Origin: Octopus sinensis
Lineage: Eukaryota
Direction of reading: 5' to 3'
Assembly (NCBI RefSeq): GCF_006345805.1
Contig: NW_021828359.1
Span: 1 to 8,679 of the forward strand
Length of the DNA: 8,679 nucleotides
This document shows, piece by piece, positions 1 through 6,259 of the stretch. Both the position numbers and the translations under genes were made by a program. Below the pieces are notes generated by a model. The model saw only the letters and a program-made list of their open reading frames with translations. It was not told the origin of the DNA and searched no databases. The number at the start of each line of letters is the position of its first letter. Positions within the stretch are counted from its first letter, which is position 1.

Positions 1-158
1 ATCTTTAACGTCTGCTTTCCATGCTAGCGTGGGTTGGACGGTTCGACCGGGATCAGGGATGCCAGAAGGCTGCACCAGGCCCAGTCTGATCTGGCAGTGT
101 TTCTACAGCTGGATGCCCTTCCTAACGCCAACCACTCAAGAGTGTTCGTGAGTGCTAC

Positions 159-271
159 ATATATATATATAAATATAAATATATATATAGATATATAATA
201 TATATCATATATATATATATATATCTATATATATATATATATATATATATATAGATATATATATTATATAT
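159..271. repeat. Imperfect (AT)n microsatellite spacer (long)
   Basis: Directly visible alternating AT run between array A units 1 and 2. Confidence 0.95.
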
Positions 272-835
272 TCATCGTTTACGTACTTTTTCATGATAGC
301 AAAGGGTTAGACGGTTTGACTGAGATTTGGGGCCAGCAGACTGCACCAGGCTCCATCTGATCTGGCAGAGTTTTCAACTGCTGGATGCCCTTCCTAACGG
401 CCAACCACTCCGTGAGTGTAGGGGTGCTACTATATATATATAATATATATATATATATTATATATATCATCATATAATCGTTTAACGTCCGCTTCCATGC
501 TAGCGTGGGTTGGACGGTTCGACCGGGGATCTGGATGCCAGAAGGCTGCACCAGGCCCCAGTCTGATCTGGCATGTTTCTACAGCTGGATGCCTTCCTAA
601 CGCCAACCACTCCAAGAGGGGAGTGGGTCTACAATATATATATAATATATATATATATATCTCATATCATCGTTTAACGTCCGTTTTCCATGCTAGCATA
701 GGTTAGACGGTTGACTGAGTTTTTGGGGGAAGCCAGGAGACTGCAACCCAGGCCCCAGTCTGATCTGGCGTGTGTTCTACTACAGCTGAATGCCCTTCCT
801 AACGACAACCACTCCAAGAGGTGTAGTGGTGCTAC

Positions 836-970
836 ATATACATATATATAATTATATATATATATTAGATATAGATATATATATATATATTATATGATAT
901 ATATATATATCTATTATATATATATATCATATATATATATATATATATACATATGTATATATAATAAATA
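836..970. repeat. Imperfect (AT)n microsatellite spacer (long); shorter spacers at ~431-466, ~633-662 and ~1141-1163
   Basis: Directly visible alternating AT runs between array A units. Confidence 0.95.
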
Positions 971-1279
971 TCATCATATCATCGTTTAACGTACGTTTTC
1001 CATGCTAGCAAGGCTTCCACGGTTCGACTGGGGTCTGGGAAGCCAGAAGGCTGCACCAGGTCCCAGTCTGATCTGGCAGAGTCTCTACATCTTGATGCCC
1101 TTCCTAACACCAACCACTCCGTGTGTGTAGGGGGTGCTACATGTATATATATATATATATATATCATCATATCTTCGTTTAACGTCCGTTTTCCATGCTA
1201 GCATAGGTTGGACGGTTCGACCGGGGTCTGGGAAGCCAGGAGGCGGCACCAGGTTCCATTCTTATCTGGCAGTGTTTCT

Positions 1280-1781
1280 ATATATTTAGGAAGTAATAAC
1301 GTTTTCAGGCGGCACCGAGGAAGATATTAGGGACGAGAATAAGTAAGGCAATACCCGCTTTTCACCCTGTTAAAGAAAGTATGGAGTGCAAGTGTAATTT
1401 CAATAAAGAACAAAATAGAATTTTTTACAAAAAAAAAGCGGTGTTATTGTATGGGGCTGAGACGTGATGAACAACAGTTAAGTCAAATAAGCAAATACAA
1501 TCATTCATCAACAGATGCTTGCGTAGTATACTGAAAATAAATGGCCCCAACACATAAGCAATATGGAGCGATGGCAAAGAACAAATCAATTCCGATTAGG
1601 GGGACAAATATTTAAGAAAAAGTGAAGTGGTTTGGTAGTACAATTAGAAAAGACACAACCAAATGTAGCGACAAGTGCTTTAAAGTGAAACCGTTGATAT
1701 AGAAGGAAAGGTAGGCCTAAGAACTCGTGGCGGAGATCAACACATAAGGAACTAGAGAAAGGGGGACATAAGTGGCCTATA
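1280..1781 (+). mobile_element. Degenerate 5'-truncated RTE-clade non-LTR retrotransposon fragment (end of RT domain plus C-terminal region), with frameshifts and stops
   Basis: Piecewise translation gives IYLGS (1280-1294), GGTEEDIR (1308-1331), TRISKAIPAF, TLLKKVWSASVISIKNKI, AVLLYGAET*, QIQSFINRCLRSILKI, W-P, KWFGSTIRK and GRPKNSWRRSTHKELEKGGHKW. These match the established RTE ORF signature (YLGS...GG..D...RI.KA; VLLYGAETW; IQ.FIN.CLR.IL.I.WP; WKWIGH.LRK; AL.W.P.G.R.RGRPK..WRR). Confidence 0.88.
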
Positions 1782-1833
1782 CTCAGCATGGCCGCATCAA
1801 TGACTGAACAAGTAAAAGAGTAAGAGTAAGAGT
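1782..1833 (+). mobile_element. Short 3' tail of a SINE (ctccagcatggccgcagtcaaatgactgaaacaagtaaaagagt + (aagagt)n), copy 1
   Basis: Ends in (aagagt)n and is repeated at 2603-2671. It does not match the natural RTE end seen at 3190-3294. Assignment to the tail of an Octopus tRNA/CORE-type SINE is from recollection. Confidence 0.6.
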
Positions 1834-1932
1834 ATGTATATTATGGTATATCTTCTCGCCCGACGTTTAAGCATAGAGTCTTAATCTCTTAGTCTTTCCC
1901 AGTAGCTTAGAGCGCACAGAGCTATCTCTTCG
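1834..1932 (-). mobile_element. CR1/L2-type LINE ORF2 C-terminal fragment, antisense, degraded copy 1 (continues at 2324-2382)
   Basis: Homologous to the cleaner copy at 2671-2814. Confidence 0.7.
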
Positions 1933-1984
1933 GATATTTTAGATATTTACAACTACTCAACAAAATGGCTTGTTCGTATCATAG

Positions 1985-2322
1985 GTAGGAGTGGCTGTGT
2001 GGTAATAGCTTGCATACCAGCTACATTGTTCCGGGTTCAGTCCACTGCGTGGAAACTGAAAATCTAGATATATATATATTATATATATATTATTAGCTTG
2101 CTTACCAACCCAATGGTTCCGGGTTCGTCCCCGGGTGGCTCCTTGTGCAAGTGTCCTTCTAGCTATAGCCGGCCGACAAGTCCTTCTGAGTTGATTTGGT
2201 ATACTAACATGAAAGAACCCCCGATGTATACTATATATATCTCATTATATGTAGAATGGCTGTGTGTTAAGTAGCTTGTTTCCCAAACACCTGGTTCCGG
2301 TTCAGTCCCATGCTGGCACCTT
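1985..2322 (+). mobile_element. Three partial, degraded copies of a tRNA-derived CORE-like SINE 5' region (~1985-2062, ~2094-2240, ~2251-2322)
   Basis: A-box-like gtggctgtgtgg, B-box-like ccgggttcagtccc / gggttcgtcccc, a CORE-like ccttgtgcaagtgtccttct (compare MIR core ccttgggcaagtcactt), then (AT)n. The motif tagcttg...ggttccgg(g)ttc occurs three times. Confidence 0.7.
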
Positions 2323-2323
2323 A

Positions 2324-2382
2324 TATGCTGCACAGAGGCTTCTTCGTGTAGCTTCGTTGGATCGCCTCAAGTTCTGTGATTA
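2324..2382 (-). mobile_element. CR1/L2-type LINE fragment, continuation of 1834-1932 after the SINE-containing insert
   Basis: Near-identical to 2751-2814. Confidence 0.7.
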
Positions 2383-2602
2383 GAACTATGGCAAAGATGA
2401 AATCAAGTTTCGATTAGGGAGCAATATTAAAAGAAAAAGTAGAAGTGGATTTGGTAGCACAATTAGAAAAGACACACCAAATGTAGTGAAAAGTGCTTTA
2501 AAGTGGAAACCGGTTGGATATAGATGTAGAGGTAGGCCTAAGAACTCGTGGCGGAGATCAACACATAAGGAACTAGAGAAAGGGGGACATAAGGGGCATA
2601 TA
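2383..2602 (+). mobile_element. RTE-LINE 3' ORF fragment, copy 2 (source of the ORF-track peptide SALKWKPVGYRCRGRPKNSWRRSTHKELEKGGHK)
   Basis: Homologous to 1569-1781 and 2815-3047; the ORF at 2486-2716 carries the RTE C-terminal AL.W.P.G.R.RGRPK..WRR motif. Confidence 0.85.
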
Positions 2603-2671
2603 CTCCAGCATGGCCGCAGTCAAATGACTGAAACAAGTAAAAGAGTTAAGAGTAAGAGTAAGAGTAAGAGT
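2603..2671 (+). mobile_element. SINE 3' tail fragment, copy 2, ending in (aagagt)n
   Basis: ctccagcatggccgcagtcaaatgactgaaacaagtaaaagagttaagagtaagagtaagagtaagagt. Confidence 0.6.
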
Positions 2672-2814
2672 ATGTATATTATGGCATATCTTTCTCGCCG
2701 ACGCTCTAAGGAATAGAGTCTTAATCTCTTGAATCTTTCCCAGTAGCTTGTATGCTGCACAGAGGCTATCTTCTTCGTGTAGCTTCGTTGGATCGCCTCA
2801 AGTTCTGTGATTAA
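2671..2814 (-). mobile_element. CR1/L2-type (Jockey-group) LINE ORF2 C-terminal fragment, antisense
   Basis: Minus-strand open frame of 48 codons: LITELEAIQRSYTKKIASVQHTSYWERFKRLRLYSLERRRERYAIIYI, matching the conserved CR1/L2 motif LE.IQR.FT..I......Y.ERL..L.LYSLE.RR.R. Confidence 0.85.
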
Positions 2815-3294
2815 GAACTATGGCAAAGATGAAATCAAGTTTCGATTAGGGAGCAAATATTTAAGAAAAAGTGGAAGTGGATTGGTAGCACAATTAGAAA
2901 ACGCACACCAATGTAGCGAAAAGTGGCTTTAAAGTGGAAACCGGTTGGATATAGAAGATGAGGTAGGCCTAAGAACTCGTGGCGGAGATCAACACAAAAG
3001 GAACTAGAGAAAGGGGGACATAAGTGGCCTATACTCAGCGTTGGAGGGTAAATGCACAAAGAAAAAGACACAACCAATATAGCAAAAAAGTGCTTTAAAG
3101 TGGAAACCGGTTGGATATAGAAGAAAGAGTTTCCATAAGAACTCGTGGCGGAGATTAACACATAAGGAACTAGAGAAAGGGGGACATAATGGCAGAGTAT
3201 AAGTACAAGAGCAAAGAATTATGCGACATGGAATTCAACTATATGTGGCCTACACACCCCGCGCCGAGGGTTTAAGGAATAAAGAAGAAAGAAA
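2815..3294 (+). mobile_element. RTE-LINE 3' fragments, copy 3 (2815-~3047) and a divergent copy 4 (~3048-3294) with the natural C-terminus, stop codon and A/G-rich tail
   Basis: Copy 3 reads ELWQR*NQVSIREQIFKKKWKWIGSTIRK...ALKWKPVGYRR*GRPKNSWRRSTQKELEKGGHKW. Copy 4 continues WQSISTRAKNYATWNSTICGLHTPRRGFKE* (TAA at 3280-3282), followed by aagaagaaagaaa. Confidence 0.85.
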
Positions 3295-3430
3295 TGTTTT
3301 ATAAAGAGCCGGAATCATTTGTCATCAGTGGGGACACAGTGTAAGTATAATTCTGTCTGTGTGTACGATGCTGTTAACGACCGTCGATGTTTACCTCAGT
3401 CGTGAGGAATAGGCCATCATATGTGTATAT

Positions 3431-5994
3431 TATTTCTTTACTACCCACAAGGGGCTAAACACAGAGGGGACAAACAAGGACAGACAAACGGATTAATTCG
3501 ATTATCAAACCCCAGTGCGTAACTGGTACTTATTAATTGACCCCGAAAGGATGAAAGGCAAAGTCGACCTCGGCAGAATTTGAACTCAGGACGTAACAGC
3601 AGACGAAATACCTATTTCTTTACTACCTAACCCACAAGGGGCTAAACACAGAGAGGACAAACAAGGACAGACAAATGGTTTATGTCGATTACATCGACCC
3701 CAGTGGGTAACTGGTACTTTTAATCGACCCCGAAAGGAGGAAAGGCAAAGTCGACCTCGGCGGAATTTGAACTCAGGAGTAACAGCAGACGAAATACCTA
3801 TTTCTTTACTACCCACAAGGGGCTAAACACAGAGGGGACAAACAAGGACACAACCAACGGATTAAGTCGATTACATCAACCCCAGTGCGTAACTGGTACT
3901 TATTTAATCGACCCCGAAAGATGAAAGGCAAAGTCGACCTCAGGCGGAATTTGAACCCAGAATACTTACGGCAGACGAAATACCTATTCTTTACTACCCA
4001 CAAGTGGCTAAACCCAGAGGTGACAAACAAGGACAGACAAACGGATTAAGTCATTACATCTACCCCGTGGGTACTGGTACTTATTTAATCGACCGAAGGA
4101 TGAAGGCAAAGTCGATCTCGGCGGATTTGAACTCAGGACGTAACAGCAGACGAAATACCTATTTCTATTTCTTTACTACCCACAATGGGGCTAAACACGA
4201 GAGGACAACAAGGACAGACAAACGGTTAAGTCGATTACATCGACCCCATTGCGAACTTGGGTACTTATTTAATCGACCCGAAAGGATGAAAGGCAAAGTT
4301 GACCTCGGCAGAATTTGAACTCAGGCCGTAACAGCAGACGAAATACCTATTTCTTTCTACCACAAGGGGCTAAACACAGAGAGGACAAACAAGGACAGAC
4401 AAATTGTTTAAGTCGATTACATCGACCCCAGTGGGTAACTGGTACTTATTTAATCGACCCCGAAAGGAGGAAAGGCAAAGTCGACCTCGGCGGAATTTGA
4501 ACTCAGGACGTAACAGCAGACGAAATACCTATTTCTTTACTACCCACAAGGGGCTAAACACAGAGGGGACAAACAAGGACACACAAACGGATTAAGTCGA
4601 TTACATCAACCCCAGTGCGTAACTGGTACTTATTTAATCGACCCCGAAAGGATGAAAGGCAAAGTCGACCTCGGCGGAATTTGAACCCAGAATACTTAAC
4701 GGCAGACGAAATACCTATTTCTTTACTACCCACAAGGGGCTAAACACAGAGGTGACAAACAAGGACAGACAAACGGATTAAGTCGATTACATCGACCCCA
4801 GTGGGTAACTGGTACTTATTTAATCGACACGAAAGGATGAAAGGCAAAGTCGATCTCGGCGGAATTTGAACTCAGGACGTAACAGCAGACGAAATACCTA
4901 TTTCTATTTCTTTACTACCCACAAGGCGAAACACAGGAGGACAACAAGGACAGACACAAAGGTTTTAAGTCGATTACATCGACCCCAGTGGGTAACTGGT
5001 ACTTATTATCGACCCCGAAAGGAGGAAATGCAAAGTCCCTCGGCGGAATTTGAACTCAGGACGTACAGCAGACGAAATACCTATTTCTTTACTACCCACA
5101 AGGGGCTAACACAGAGGGGAAAACAGACACACAAACGGATTAAGTCGATTACATCAACCCCAGTGCGTAACTGGTACTTATTTAATCGACGCCGAAAGGA
5201 TGAAAGGCAAAGTCGACCTCGGCGGAATTTGAACCCAGATACTAACGGCAAGACGAAATCCTATTTCTTTACTACCCACAAGGGGCTAAACACAGGGTGA
5301 CAAACAAGGACTAGACAATGATTAAGGCGATTACATCGACCCCAGTGGGTACTGTTACTTATTTAATCGACACAAAGGTGAAAGGCAGTCGATCTCGGCG
5401 GAATTTGAACTCAGACGTAAACAGCAGACGAAATACCTATTCTATTTCTTTACTACCCACAAGGCTAAACACAGAGAGGACAAACAAGGACAGACAAACG
5501 GATTAAGTCGATTACATCGACCCCAGTGCGTAACTGGTACTTATTTAATCGACCCCGAAAGGATGAAAGGCAAAGTTGACCTCGGCAGAATTTGAACTCA
5601 GGACGTAACAGCAGACGAAATACCTATTTCTTTACTACCCACAAGGGGCTAAACACAGAGGGGACAAACAAGGACAGACAAAGGGATTAAGTCGATTACA
5701 TCGACCCCAGTGCGTAACTGGTACTTTATTTAATTAACCCCGAAAGGATGAAAGGCAAAGTCGACCTCGGCGGAATTTGAATTCAGGACGTAACAGCAGA
5801 CGAAATACCTATTTCTTTACTACCCACAAGGGTCTAAACACAGAGGGGACAAAGAAGGACAGACAAACGGATTAATTCGATTATATCAACCCCCAGTGCG
5901 TAACTGGTACTTATTTAATCGACCCCGAAAGGATGAAAGGCAAAGTTGACCTCGGCGGAATTTGAACTCAGAACGTAACGGCAGACGAAATACC
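3431..5994 (-). repeat. Array B: 14 head-to-tail ~184-bp monomers derived from the body of a tRNA-type SINE (B box retained, A box and head absent)
   Basis: Monomer starts (tatttctttactac) at ~3431, 3613, 3799, 3985, 4160, 4348, 4530, 4716, 4899, 5082, 5262, 5438, 5625 and 5810. Consensus counted by hand is 184 bp. Each carries ggaatttgaac(t/c)c, the reverse complement of B-box-like g(a/g)gttcaaattcc. Confidence 0.95.
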
Positions 5995-6041
5995 GCTAAG
6001 AATTTCGCCCGGCGTGCTAACGTTTCTGCAAGCTCGCCGCC
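5810..6041 (-). mobile_element. Full-length tRNA-derived SINE copy heading array B (unique 47-bp head at 5995-6041)
   Basis: The minus strand starts ggcggcgagcttgcagaaacgttagcacgccgggcgaaattcttagcg|gtatttcg, with an A-box-like ttgcagaaacg (6021-6031) and a B box gagttcaaattcc (5957-5969). The central gactttgcctttcatcctttcggggtcgattaaataagtaccag resembles a domain shared by several metazoan SINEs (recollection). Confidence 0.85.
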
Positions 6042-6056
6042 TTAAATAAAGATAAC

Positions 6057-6119
6057 ACAGGGTGAAATCGAACCCAAAACCTCGTAATGCCAATGCTTAA
6101 CGCTTAACTATTCAGCTAG
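6057..6119 (-). pseudogene. Degenerate tRNA-like / SINE-head relic between the two array heads
   Basis: Minus strand tagctgaatagttaagc...gaggttttgggttcgatttcaccctgtg: A-box-like start, short D-arm gct/agc and B box gggttcgatttc at tRNA-like spacing; no acceptor stem. Confidence 0.5.
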
Positions 6120-6139
6120 AGTATATAAACAGGAGCAAT

Positions 6140-6259
6140 GGAGGGGCAATGGCCCAGTGGTTAGGGCAGCGGTCTCGCGGTCATAGTATCGCGGTTTCGA
6201 TTCCCAGACCGGGCGTTGTGTGTGTTTATTGAGCGAAAACACCTAAATCTCCACGAGGC
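6140..6259 (+). mobile_element. tRNA-derived SINE head leading array C (unique, not repeated)
   Basis: ggaggggcaatggcccagtggttagggcagcgg...gcggtttcgattcccagaccgggcg: A box tggcccagtgg (6150-6160) and B-box-like ggtttcgattccc (6193-6205). Confidence 0.85.

Larger units (their letters stand above)
1..1280 (-). repeat. Array A: six tandem copies (last one partial) of a ~160-bp retroposon (SINE/LINE) 3'-end unit separated by variable (AT)n spacers
   Basis: The unit catcgtttaacgtccgttttccatgctagc...ggctgcaccagg...ctggatgcccttcctaacgccaaccactcc...gtgctac recurs at ~1, 272, 466, 666, 978 and 1163. On the minus strand it ends in aaacgatgat(gat), a short-repeat tail typical of non-LTR retroposon 3' ends. 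Resemblance to an abundant Octopus repeat is from recollection. Confidence 0.9.
1569..3047. repeat. Array D: ~432-bp composite tandem unit (RTE 3' fragment + SINE tail + antisense CR1/L2 fragment), about 2.5 copies, interrupted at 1933-2323
   Basis: atggcaaag anchor at 1569, 2388 and 2820 (period 432 between the last two); same RTE|tail|CR1 junctions in copies 1 and 2. Confidence 0.8.

Noticed and set aside
1280-3294. Active or complete RTE retrotransposon, or horizontal transfer claim based on resemblance to flatworm RTE proteins
   Set aside because: Only short frameshifted 3' fragments with stops are present and no endonuclease or core RT. The motif similarity is general to the RTE clade and cannot support transfer without a phylogeny.
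3300-3335. Hammerhead ribozyme core (CTGATGA on the minus strand at ~3322-3328), and retrozyme identity for the arrays
   Set aside because: No stem II followed by GAAA downstream. By eye I found no CUGANGA/GAAA core and no convincing HDV-like or twister fold in monomers A, B or C. An Infernal/Rfam scan would be the decisive test.
4860-5460. Unusual hypermutation of some monomers
   Set aside because: The changes are mostly scattered single-base indels in homopolymers, typical of long-read consensus error.
3415-6060. Target-site duplication around array B
   Set aside because: The flanks (catatgtgtatat and ttaaataaagataac) share no convincing direct repeat.
6057-6215. Functional tRNA genes
   Set aside because: Both tRNA-like stretches have Pol III boxes but lack a paired acceptor stem and a clear anticodon arm; 6140 onward continues into a SINE body.
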